From Catajapyx aquilonaris (taxonomy: Eukaryota), in NCBI GenBank assembly GCA_000934665.2, contig KZ538217.1, positions 1 to 64,000 of the forward strand: 64,000 nucleotides of DNA. Reading direction: 5' to 3'. This document shows, one piece after another, positions 25,301-46,166 of the stretch. A program made the position numbers and the translations under genes. The notes beneath the pieces were generated by a model. It was not told the DNA's origin. It ran no database searches and saw only the letters and a list, made by a program, of their open reading frames with translations. Numbering within the stretch: the first letter of the stretch is position 1; each line of letters starts with the position of its first letter.

Positions 25301-26388
25301 TATTAAAACCACGAGCCATTATGCATTCCTTATTAATCATTCCTTATTAATTTTAAGCATCACTTAATAATTAATTATTATTGCACGTGAATTATTAAAC
25401 TCACCACCGTACTTATTATTGTACGGCAAAATATGTGCCTAAGTACTGTAAGCAAAAAATGCCCAATTTTTTCACTTTATTAAATGGTCACGTACGCACT
25501 TTCACATGCCCATTAATCCAACAATGCATCTTATGTATTGTTTACTCCAGCAACCAAAAAATATGCAGCGTTGTGATTATTATTAGTTTCTCTCCATATA
25601 CTTTTTTTTATACTTCAGATTTGAGCATGTCCTGCGAGTATACTTTCATGCTACAGTCTGTACAATGCACCAGGAAAGTACAGTGCACATGTGCGCACCA
25701 TCAAAATACAAAAGGGGGGTTCAACGGCACAATGTACGTGCAAAGAGACGTATATATTTCGCTGAATGGAGCAAACCTGTGCCAAAATCCAGCAGCTAAT
25801 TTTGGCAGTGTAAGTGACAAAATATCTTGGCCACATACGATCATATTTTGAAATCTCAAGGAGTGATTTTTTAAAAAAAACAAGTATCCGCATTCCAGGA
25901 GAGAACTACTAGATGTATCATCAGGATATACATTTTCTTGTTACGTGCACCCTAAAGATGCGTGATGATTGTGTACTTGCCCTCGAACTTTGTCCAAAGG
26001 TTGCGCGCGGCTATGGGGGACGAAACGAATGACTGATATACAATTTCTGTATATATACGTATAGTCAGTACCACAAGTCCCCCCCTTGAAGGGAAAGGAA
26101 GTAACGAGAAAGCAATAACGGCTTGTCTCACAGGACTTTGGACCCTATTCTGAATTCATATAGACGCAACAGTCGAGTCGCAATTTTGAAGAAAAAAAAA
26201 ACTGATGAAACTTTTACACAACCGGATGTGAAATTATTTAATATGCAAAATTTTGGTTATTTGTACACGTGAAAACCAATGCTTTGTATGAATAAGTTTT
26301 CAAAATACATAAGGAATAAGTTGTGATAAATCATATTTTAATTAATAAAGGTTAAAATTGATAAATAATTAATAATTACTAATAATAA

Positions 26389-26393
<5 letters not shown>

Positions 26394-26453
<60 letters not shown>
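26394..26453. repeat. (TAA)n microsatellite
   Basis: Pure trinucleotide run; similar runs at ~30045-30103, 45289-45326, 45351-45398. Confidence 0.95.
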
Positions 26454-26456
<3 letters not shown>

Positions 26457-28194
26457 GGTAAAATTAATAATAGTTAGCTGGTTTATGTGAAGAGTAGCTA
26501 GAGGAAATTATTTAATTCGCAAAATTATTTATTTATTTGTACAAGAGAAAACTTATGCTTATTTGCTTGAAGCTTTAAAAAAATACTTAGCCATACATCA
26601 GTTTGAAATAATTAATATTTTAATTAATTAATACCCATGGGTAATAATTGGGAATTTGGTTGGTTTAATTTGGGGACCGGGAACTGTAAGATATATCATT
26701 TACTTAGTGGACTTAATAAATTGTTTCAAGTACTATCGAATTAATTTATGGTCAGGCCGGATCAGCACTTATTTTAATCAACTTCAGCAGTTTAATAACA
26801 TTTCAAAAAGAAAATAGGATGCCAAAAAGGGCTGAATATTTTGCTCTTATGTTTCTCTTTTGGATATCTTTCAACAGTAGTGCACTTTGATGCTTTTTTG
26901 ATGCAGCAAAACAAATCGCTGTAAGACATCCGTATAATCAAATTTAGTGCGCGACTTGTCAGTTTATTTATAAATACTGTATTGACACAGGCTATCAAGT
27001 CGGCTTGCCTTTTTTTTGTGTGTGGTGCAGACTCTGATACTAGGGCAAGGATTCCCATTAGGAAATATTTGTCTTACAAAAAAAAAAAAAACCTTTCCCT
27101 ATGCGATGCTAACAAGGAGGCCAATTAGGTACCATTTAGTCATCTCCTGCTTCCTAAAAGTGATAATTGGACTGATACTAACACTTCCTTTAAGTCACTT
27201 GCCTTTAAAATATTTCTGTACTGGATCAGTCAGTATTATTTTAATACTGAACATTATTTCGGAGATCCGTGTGTTATCTCTGACATGTTTTTTAAAGAGT
27301 GGATTTCCTATCTTGAGAGGTTTTTATGTTGACGATCTTTGACTTTGACTTGTTCATTTTGCTGTTTTTGAAACTTATTTTTGAGGACAATGAATCAATT
27401 GATTTAAAGTAGAGCGCGGGTTCACTACCATATATAGAGACACGAGTGATTATGTAATAAGTTGCCAAAATAAAATTAATAATGTGTATAATGGAAATTC
27501 GGTGACGGAACATAAGTGGATGGGGTGTGAACTTGATGAGACAGGATCAATAGAAAAGCAAGTCTCAAAGGTTACAGTGATAAGGAGTTTGACGTGACAG
27601 GTGTCTCAGGGAATAATCTGCTGGCTCCAGCTGTCGAAGGTCAAGTGATAATGAGGTCAGTGGGGGTCATTATCGGTGCGTTGATTATCATCCTTGCATG
27701 CCGGATCCTCTCAATTATTTTGCATGTAACGATTTTGATCCAATTTAAAATTTTAAAAAACATGCAGCAAAGAGCTGGTTCGCTCAGATTTGTTAAACTG
27801 TGTTAGAGCTAATTTTTAAATCACATTTCTATAATTATTTCAGGCGTGTAATAAAAGATAATTTGTACACCCCACGATGACAGTACGTGACGCAATTATA
27901 TTATCAGATCAGCCCATACGTACAAGTAGTTATCACTGATCCTTAGATAAAGCAAGGAAGATTTCCAAGAACACACTTCACTTTTTTATTGGTCAAACTC
28001 AATTTCTGTCAGGATTAACTTAAACTGTTTTCTAACGCTTAATTGCAGGCATATCTTATATTTCTGATCAAACTTGTTAAACAGTTATTATTGCACAAAA
28101 AAATTACCGATAAAACTTGCAGGAAAAAAGTGTGATAAGAGCTGCGTGAAATTACAGGAACGTTACCTGCCTGCAACGTCCGCATTAGCCTGAC

Positions 28195-28337
28195 ATTTTC
28201 AATCGATAAGTGTTTTTTTTTAAGGATACTGAAGGGTCCAAATTATTGCAAAAGACTGTCACATAATATGTCATTATTTTTCAATAATTTGGACCCTTCA
28301 GTATCTTTATTAAATTAAACACTAATCGATTGAAAAT
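28195..28337. repeat. ~140-bp hairpin / MITE-like fold-back
   Basis: ATTTTCAATCGAT..GATACTGAAGGGTCCAAATTATTG is inverted as CAATAATTTGGACCCTTCAGTATC..ATCGATTGAAAAT. Confidence 0.75.
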
Positions 28338-29463
28338 TACGGTACTGCCAATTTCTTCGCAATGTCAGACGTTTGCAATATCTTTTTTTACACTAATCAA
28401 TTGAAAATTATGGTGCTGCCAATTTCTTAATGACGATTTTGAATCGGGTTGCTGGAGCAAACAATTGATGATTTCCTCTCACTAGTATGTTGAACTGTGC
28501 CCTCTCCTGAATTTAGCAGCAACAGATGGACTGCAATTACCAATTAGGTATATAAAATTATATTTGTGTAGAATAATTTTGAATTGGGCAGAATTGTCTA
28601 TTATTGTTCGTGTAATGTGAACAAATTTAATTTGCGATTCATGTTGCTTGAACCACACTTTTATAAAGGTCATTGCAAGTCTTTGGCTATTACTATACAG
28701 TATACGACCGCAAAACCAACCGCTACATTTTTCTTAAACAAAAAAAAACGCTTTCAGCAAAAAGGCCGCATTGTCCTCGCAAAAATTGTCCAGTTCAAAA
28801 CCGGGATCTCAACCTTTTTTTAAAAAAATAATAATCCGCTACGCAAAAAGTAGCACACGTCGGATTCAAAATGGCCGCCTTAAATCCTCCAAACCCTTGC
28901 TGGTGGCAATTAATATTGAAACTTTTAGAATCGAAATTAACTCGCTAAAACTATGCCAAAAAATATTTATTAATTTAATTAAACCATGTACGCCCACCTG
29001 TAGTTTAATCATCATGATTATAATAGACTGAAGAAAAGAGAGGCAGTGTGCTCAGTCGGCCATCTTGGGAACTAAAATCTTGTTAATAATTTTTTTTTAT
29101 TATTTCGGTTCATTTTCTCTCTCTCTCTCTTTCATTATTCCATTCGAGCGTAATATCCTCCTCCCCCTCTCTGTACGAGTAAGTGAACTAGTGTGAGTGC
29201 ATGTCTCTCCTCTCTTTGCTCTAGTTTAAAAAACCCCACTACGCCACTGTGACAGAGACACGTCATTATCATTACATGCCTATAAGAGAACATATGACAC
29301 ACGTTCGAATAAGGGAGAAATAATTATTGTGTGTTCGATTACATTCAGTGTACATAGTATTGCACTAGCCCAGTAGGTACACTCAAGCATGTTAGGTTAA
29401 AGCTAGCCGCACTTGTAAAAAAAAGTGTAGAGCAGAAGAAAGTAGGACGCATTGTCGCTTAGT

Positions 29464-29973
29464 ATTATAAAAGGCGAAGTTTGTCCGTTCGTTCGTCTGC
29501 CTGTCTGTTTGTCCAGGCCTGGTTACCACGGCAACCTGTTACCATGGCGTCGACCTGTATCGTTGGAAACGGGTCGTTGCGAAGAGCGTGTTCCGCTGTT
29601 AGCCTTGTAATGAGAGTAGATTTGTGCGAGCGAGTAATGTTCGACTGGGTTACGTACCAGCGCTGAACGTGCGCCATAAGTACGGATTCAGCCTTTTTAC
29701 CGGTACTAACTGTTCTGTCGTTACTTGAAACAGGTTGCAATGGTAACCAAACCTGGACAAACAGACGAGCAGCATTCGTTCATTCAATCGTCTGTCTTGT
29801 CTGTTTGTCCAGGTGTGGTTACCATTGCAACCTGTTTCCACGTGGTCAACAATGATTGGTTGTTGGAAAGCAGGCTGTGCGTTCTTACAGTACCCGTAGT
29901 AACCAAACCTGGACAAACAAACAGACAGACAGAAATAAGGAAACAAACAAACAGACCTTGCCTTTCATAATAA
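29464..29973. mobile_element. Composite fold-back (MITE-like) element with four inverted arms and X-box-like palindromes, in the 5'UTR intron of the kinase
   Basis: Termini TATTATAAAAGGCGAAGTTTGT / ACAGACCTTGCCTTTCATAATA; internal inverted arm pair ~29735-29832; (CTGT/TTGT)n microsatellite arms. Confidence 0.7.
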
Positions 29974-30042
29974 TATTAATAATAATTATTATTATTATTT
30001 ATTTTATTTATTATTATACCCTGTGCTCAGGTGTTCACCTGT

Positions 30043-30106
<64 letters not shown>

Positions 30107-30322
30107 GAGATGCTGGTGTTGTAGTAAGAGTAACGTCGTAAGCTGTAGATTTCGTGTGTCGTGTTCGACTGTGTTACGTACCGCTGAACATGCATCGTAC
30201 CGTTTTTACCAGTTCTAATTGTGTGTACTTTCTGCAGGGATGTGAAATGGTGCTGGACTCAGGGAGAGGTTTTGACGAGACGTAGTTCGCGCGTGTGTGT
30301 ATGTGTAGATGAATAAGTCAAC

Positions 30323-39224
<8,902 letters not shown>

Positions 39225-40482
39225 TGCATGGTGTGTTCATTGTCCATTACTTGTACGTAAGAAAAGTCCTTTTAAAATCACAGGTCGCATTTCGACTCAG
39301 AAAGCGTCCCATCTAAATATCTGGCTCTGGTTCTAAACCGACTTTTGTTACATGTCGTACCATTACATCTGAAAAGTTGTGAATAGTTTACGTCAGGATT
39401 CACGCTTGAGGTTTGTCGAAACGTTGTGATTGTCACGACTTGTCAGCTAGGATTAAAATTGAATTCGAGAAATTTTTATGACGAAATTTCCGCATTGTGT
39501 ACATTGTGTAAAACGAATGGATTAAGCGTGAATATTTGCGACGAACTGTCAAATGCATGCAGGGTGGGTCTAGCGTAGACAATAGCTGTTTGCTAGCCAA
39601 TTGCTGCAATCGTTACTGTAACTTGCGCTTGATTACACAGGCTAGTCATTAAAGTACGATGCGACTGGCTCGTGTTTTAAAAGGCCAGGCTTATTAGCCA
39701 AAAAGTTACTGCGTAACGGTTGATGTGAATCCAATGTCACCAATTACAGGGCCACCCTGCAGCACTCACACAGCGTAATATATTTTAAGTTTCACGTAAC
39801 TTGTTGTGATCGAGCATTTGGATTACTTTATGAATTCATTGTGAAAAAGGTTTAAAAAAACAGGAAAATTAGTTGTGACTGCATTTATCAGGTTTCCGAT
39901 TGTGATTATGTTTGTTCGGTCAACTTTTTGTTGTACAGTGTTGTCGAGGTTTATGGAGATAAAACATATTATAAAAGCATGCACTAAGCATTTAGTCGAA
40001 AGCGCAGGAAAAGTCATACAAATCAGTCGAAAGTGACGTCCTTTCAGTTTAAACGTTTCTTGCATTTACAATAACAAAAAATTTTATCCCTTCCCATTGC
40101 TGTTGGAGCGATGTTAATAGCCGCACCTTGAAAAAGATTTTCTAGTGCATTCCCAACTTCAGTCATTTCCTATAGTAATTAACACAGCTTCTCGTTAATC
40201 ACGGAGCAGGAATTAAATTCCAATATTTGTGTCCTTTCGTATATTTTCTACTGTTTGTTTACAGCCTTCTATTTTTGTTTTTGTTTTCAAGACCTCCGTG
40301 ATGCGCGGTTTATTTAAAAGCGTTTCCTGTGTCGACGGATATTTGCTCTCCGCTGAGATAAGTTACCGTAATGACTTTGTACAAGCAGGGAGTTGTTACA
40401 CGCATGATTACGCACTGAAATTACTGGTAATAATCGTTACGAATTGTCATGAAATCTGGCCGTAATTATTTTACTGAGTCAC

Positions 40483-41285
40483 CATGTTAACTATATGGCC
40501 AACATGTTACGTATGGTCAACATGAAACTACAGTCAACATGTTAACTATGGTCAACGTGTTAACTACGGTCAATGTGTAACTACAGTTAACATGTTAACT
40601 AGTCAACAAGTAACTACAGTTAACATGTTAACTAGTCAACAAGTAACTACAGTTAACATGTTAACTACGGTCAACAAGTAACTACAGTTAACATGTTAAC
40701 TACAGTCAACAAGTAGCTAGTCAACGTGTTAACTAGTCAACATGCAACTACAGTTAATGTGTTAACTAGTCAATGTGTTAACTAGTCAACAAGTAACTAC
40801 AGTTAACGTGTTAACTAGTCAACAAGTAACTACAGTTAACCTGTTAACTACGGTCAACAAGTAGCTAGTTAACGTGTTAACTAGTCAACAAGTAGCTAGT
40901 TAACGTGTTAACTAGTCAACATGTAACTAGTTAACGTGTTAACTAGTCAACATGTAACTAGTTAACGTGTTAACTAGTCAACATGCAACTACAGTTAATG
41001 TGTTAACTAGTTAACGTGTTAACTAGTCAACATGCAACTACAGTTAACCTGTTAACTAGTCAACAAGTAGCTACAGTTAACCTGTTAACTACAGTCAACA
41101 AGTAGCTAGTTAACGTGTTAACTAGTCAACATGCCACTAGTTAATGTGTTAACTAGTCAACATGCAACTACAGTTAACCTGTTAACTATGGTCAACAAGT
41201 AGCTAGTTAACATGTTAACTAGTCAACATGTAACCACAGTTAACGTTTTAACTAGTCAACATGTAACCACAGTTAACGTGTCAAG
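40483..41285. repeat. Palindrome-built satellite (AACATGTT / GTTAAC / ACTAGT modules, ~15-18 bp units)
   Basis: About 800 bp of alternating aacatgttaactagtc / aacaagtaactacagtt variants. Confidence 0.92.
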
Positions 41286-42219
41286 TACATCCAGGAGTAA
41301 AACAGTTCCGTAGTGTTAATTATTTTGCTGAATACCATGCAACTGAAATCGTCGTTAACTCTCAGCAGAGATTAATGTCTGTCGACAACGCAACGCTTGT
41401 TATGAAGTAAAGCTTTTGCCGTCATTCACTTTTAGAGGTAGTAGCTACTATTCAGGTTAACACGGTTATGCAGTTAAAAAAGAAAACAATAACGAGAGAG
41501 ATAAAAAATAAGCAAAGACTGATTAAATAAAAAGCAGGGCAGCCAACCTTGTTCTTCCAAGTAGCCGGCTTTTCATCCCCTCCCTCGTGTCCTAATAAAA
41601 TAAACATTCACCCCTTCACCCTCCCCCCAAAAAATAATAGAGGCCTTAAAAGAAGTGCACTGGCTTTGGTGTCACCCAAGTTTTAGTGACATTGATTATA
41701 TATATAATATAATATATATGCATGATAAAAAAAGAGTAATGTAATACCAAGTTTATTTATAATAATCATGTAATCCTGTAAATATATACATAATATAAAA
41801 GTGATTGTTGGGAGCAGACTTTGCCGTTTATTGTGCACGTTTGTTTCAGCGTCTGGCTCGGATAATAAGAGACAGGTGCGGGCAATCAGTGATTGTGACG
41901 TAACTGTTGGAATGCGACGTTGCGTAAATGATAGTTGGTGATAAAGGCAAGATAACGGCTGATCTGACAATCATGCGGCGATGGGCTTTGGTGATCTGCT
42001 GGCCTTACTTGCAGCTTTGCGTCACTGCACTATCGTTGGTGACACCTGCTGAATTTTGGTGACACAATCTGCCGACATATGGAGTGACATTTGAGAACTG
42101 TTCAGAATTGGTGATCACGGTTGCAAGTAATTGCTGAATTTCGGTGACAATCTGCCAACATATATGGACGTCTCCTGATAACTTTCCGGAATTGGTGATC
42201 AACATTGCAAGTATTTGAT

Positions 42220-42963
42220 ATGGTGAAGAAAATGCCTGACTCTTCATCGCCGATGTCGTCAACGCTTGATCGCTATGCAATTGTGTTCCAACTACTAGCG
42301 ATTCTGTGTTCGCTTCTGGTGACAGTTCCATCTCGGCTAACGTTCGGCTATTGGGAGCCGGTACTCGAGTGCGTGCTATTTGCAAGTGTCCACGATGGAA
42401 AAATGGTAGGTTCCTCGATGCATAGATGCGAGTACGTCATTTACTCGCCGGTCGCCGGAATGATCTGTTCGGCAACTCTGGGAATAACAAGGCGATTCTT
42501 CCGGATGCAGCCGCTTGCAATCATACTGCGGGCCGTCACTTCAGTCATTGCGGCTCTCCTCATGTTAATCGCAGCTGTCGAGCTATCAGTTGGAAAGGCC
42601 CAGACATGCTCAACCATACGCAATGGACTAAACGAATCATCCGTGTTAACGTGGATCACTAACGTCAACATGCAAGAGGACTTCCTGGACAGCATTCCAT
42701 GTACAGTGTACATAAACTCGATGGATTACGGGCTACCCTTTTTGTACATTGATACCAAAACAGTAATCAAAACCGGATTGGCGCTGGATCTGGCCGAAGG
42801 AGGAGTGTGGGCCGGATTTCTTCTGTGGTGCTTCGCGAGCTTTACATTGTTGCGAGTTGTGTTTCAAGAAAGAGCAATGTTTGCGCGGACTCAGTGGCGG
42901 AAAGCGATTTTTTGCAAAGGGGACAGCGGGACAGAGGAAAACGGTGTGGTCGAACGGTTTTAG
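42220..42963 (+). CDS. Four-TM membrane protein, TMEM179-like, intronless CDS
   Basis: Four hydrophobic segments with extracellular Cys (ECVLF...HRCEY; QTCST...IPC) and LAEGGVW in the last helix, resembling the TMEM179 family. Confidence 0.6.
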   Translation: MVKKMPDSSSPMSSTLDRYAIVFQLLAILCSLLVTVPSRLTFGYWEPVLECVLFASVHDGKMVGSSMHRCEYVIYSPVAGMICSATLGITRRFFRMQPLAIILRAVTSVIAALLMLIAAVELSVGKAQTCSTIRNGLNESSVLTWITNVNMQEDFLDSIPCTVYINSMDYGLPFLYIDTKTVIKTGLALDLAEGGVWAGFLLWCFASFTLLRVVFQERAMFARTQWRKAIFCKGDSGTEENGVVERF

Positions 42964-43851
42964 GTACATTAAAGGAAATGCAACTGCCAATATCTATCTT
43001 GTACATCTGTAGTGATATGATGTGCGTAATCACACATTGTGCAAATCTCAAGTATCAATTGATTTCATATGAAATACAGGACAAAAGGTTACGAAGAAAA
43101 AAGTATCAAAGATTTCCCAATCGCTCTCTATTTATGTATAATTTTTGGGCATGATTACCTGCCATTTTCTGTGTTGTATACATCTGTAGTTATACGAGCA
43201 TGTAAGATGCCTGTAGTTACAGATTGTACACATCTCAAGTATCGACGATTGATTTAACATTAAATATGGGGACGAAAGGTATCAAAAATTGCGAAGGATT
43301 CCAAGTTTTCGTAATCACTCCCTTTTTATGTGTAATATTTTGGGTATGAGGTATGTGAAAGTCGTACAGTTGTAAGCAAAAAGATACGGACAAATCCACA
43401 GTACTGCAACTTGTGTGCACGCATATGATGGACATAATCGCATGAACTAAAATAACTATTTCGTTCATAAATAATAACATCGTTAACATTTTATTACTGT
43501 GAGCACTAACTGTCGTGTTTCATTATTGTTTTCAGTACACTGCACAATTTATTCTTTTTTCCATAAATTTGGTTACTAGTTTGTAATAATCCGCAGACAA
43601 ACCAAACAAAATGTATGAAAAATAATTTACTTAGTAAATATTGCATGATTCCTGCCAAAAAAAACTTCACTGGTAAGACTAGTTATTCCAAAGTCAAATT
43701 AACACAACAAACGAAAAGCTACGCTGGCGAGTATGAATGACTCTTTAAAGAGCAAGACAACCTCAATTTCAGACAATCCGCACTACATTTAGAAGTCGAG
43801 GTGTCGCTATTGGAAACGATGTAATGCTACCCATTTATTTCAAGCAAATTT

Positions 43852-45286
43852 TCACCAAGGTTCGTTTTTAACCTTCCCTCCGGATGTGACGAGTGCGTAA
43901 ATGGCTGCCAGGGCAAGCCCAGCAGCACCTCCCAACGCACACGATCTAAGTCCGGCAGTACTCTTGTACAGCAGCCCCGTCGCAGCTCCAGCAGCCAGCG
44001 TGTTGTACTCGTCCTCCGCATCGCTTCGCGCCAACTGAAGCAAAGCTCCAAACCCACTGTACATCATGGCTAAGGTGCCAAGCGAGTTCGCTCTCGATGC
44101 GCCCTGCTTCGTCACATAATTCAGCAACCTGAAAATCGCCATCAAGGTAAACACAGCGTACGATCCACGGAGAGTGCAGGACTCACTGTGTCCGCCTGAG
44201 CTTCCCGGTGTGTCCGCTCAATGCAGTGTCCCGGATCCCTGCGTAAAGTCCAGTTGCACCTCCGAATGAAGCGCCCAACAGGCAGGACGCCCCAACCTGC
44301 GAGAAAGCCAGCTCAAACCTTGCCCTGTTGTGAGCCGATCGACCTTCGGGGAAGATGAACTCGGGCTGGCCAAGGTAGCCCGGATCCACGCTCAAATACC
44401 TTTAAAAAAAAAACGGGAGGAAACGCCCACAATAATTTCCGCTCAATCAAATCATACGCACCTTATCCTACTACCGCAACAAAATCGCGACAATTAACCG
44501 CACACTTTACGGTTAAATAATTAACTGAACATGTTGCATCAACAGGTTTCCGCTCATAAAGCTCAACTTTGGCAGTTTGATTTATTCACTTATTTATTTA
44601 CTGGTAATTCCCTAGAATAATTACATGTTACATTATCATAATGGTTATTTTGCCTCATAATGAATATATTATAATCGTTATTACAGTTATTATGAATATA
44701 CAGTATAATGGTTATTACAGTTATTATGAATATACAGTGTAATGGTTATTACAGCTATTATGAATATAATTATAATGGTTATTAGTTATTATGAATATAA
44801 TTATAATGGTTATTACAGTTATTATGAATATATAATGGTTATTAGTTATTATGAATATATAATGGTTATTACAGTTATTATGAATATATAATGGTTATTA
44901 CAGTTATTATGAATATATAATGGTTATTACAGTTATGAATATAATTATAATGGTTATTACAGTTATTATGAATATATAATGGTTATTACAGTTATTATGA
45001 ATATATAATGGTTATTACAGTTATTATGAATATAATTATAATGGTTATTACAGGTTTTTGGTTCTGGTTATTATATTATATTATACAGTGATTAATTGTT
45101 ATTTGGTTATGGTTTCTACTACTACTACTACTACTACTACTACTATTGTTATTATGACTACTACTACTACTACTATTGGCTACTATTCTTTAGAATTACA
45201 TACTATATAAGTATAATTATAATCGTTATTATTATGGCTACTTAGTTGATACATAATAATTGTCAAGGTTATTAAGTTGATCTGAA

Positions 45287-45327
<41 letters not shown>

Positions 45328-45350
45328 GGTTATTTGGTGTTTATTAGTCG

Positions 45351-45398
<48 letters not shown>

Positions 45399-45532
45399 GG
45401 CAACTTCTCCACTGTGAGTTGAACGTACGGTGAGAGCTGCGAGAGGTTCTGGTTGGCACGGACTGATATGTTTGCAGTGGGATCACCTCCGGTTGCGCCG
45501 CCCATCATGCCAAAGATGTTGTTCTTCTCCAT
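43852..45532 (-). CDS. Tim23: Mitochondrial inner-membrane translocase subunit Tim23; exons ~45532-45429, 44399-44187, 44128-43852
   Basis: LSPYLSVDP..QPEFIFPEG..RARFELAFSQVG, LRRTQLLNYVTKQGASRANSLG, NTLAAGAATGLLYKSTAGLR. The extreme C-terminus could use a further small exon. Confidence 0.92.
44660..45055. repeat. AT-rich minisatellite (tataatggttattacagttattatgaata) in Tim23 intron 1
   Basis: About 29-35 bp tandem units. Confidence 0.9.
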
Positions 45533-45655
45533 GGCTGCTGTGCACTCGTGCTGTCCAATTGAATAATCGGGGCGGCTAATTACCCTGGCTCATTCACACT
45601 GTTGGAAAGAAGAAAGAGGAAAAAAAGGAAAAGAAAATATGGTGTATAGTGTTCC

Positions 45656-45894
45656 AAAAAAGTGATGCAACGAGTGTCCTCTGTGACCTCAAGAGGGTTC
45701 GACTCATGCAGCGATGTACGTACGATGCTTTGTCCAACCGCAGGTTGTTGGCCACCGGTTTGGCGGGGGTTATTCTCGCTGATCCCGGCCTTTTCTTATC
45801 GGGCCAAAAGAGTCTCCGGACCACCGCAGTCCACCATGGACCATGCCAGGTTAGGCAAAGGACTATGCAATGCCTTGCTGCTTCGTTCGACTAT
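45656..45894 (-). ncRNA. Pol III type-3-promoter ncRNA (~235 nt), candidate telomerase RNA with CCUAACCU template for (TTAGG)n
   Basis: Upstream PSE+TATA at U6 spacing; T6 terminator 45661-45656; template at 45855-45848; boundary stem just 5' of it; long-range helix 45891-45880/45728-45716; 3' hairpin 45710-45666. No U6, 7SK, SRP, RNase P or MRP motifs found. Confidence 0.65.
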
Positions 45895-45919
45895 AGGGGA
45901 CAGGAATCGCTTAGCAGTT

Positions 45920-45962
45920 GTTTAAAAAAAAAAAAGAACTGGTGATTTCAAATAGCGCTGAG
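45920..45962 (-). promoter_or_regulatory. Type-3 (snRNA/U6-like) Pol III promoter: PSE 45962-45944 plus TATA-like TTTTAAA 45927-45921
   Basis: CTCAGCGCTATTTGAAATC matches 12 of 19 positions of the human U6 PSE CTTACCGTAACTTGAAAGT (recalled from memory), with the same 35-nt PSE-to-TATA offset. Confidence 0.65.
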
Positions 45963-46166
45963 CATATTGCTATTCACTTGATCGCAACAGGCGATTGTAT
46001 GTAACTTCAGTTAAATGCTCGTGCTGCTGTACACAACATAACTAGGCACAGTTGCATGATTCATAGTAAATTCTGAACAAACAGTTGTTATCCATTGTTT
46101 ATAATGTCACCAAACAACTTGTCGCGGATTGACAGCAATCAATTGGGCATTTCTTCACAAAAGCCG

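Noticed and set aside
45656..45894. U6, 7SK, SRP, RNase P/MRP, Y or vault identity for the ncRNA; also the short ORFs overlapping it
   Set aside because: No ACAGAGA box, SRP helix-8 motif, P4 CR-I/CR-V motifs or 7SK-type 5' end were found by eye. The ORFs are short with no family features. An Rfam scan is still needed.
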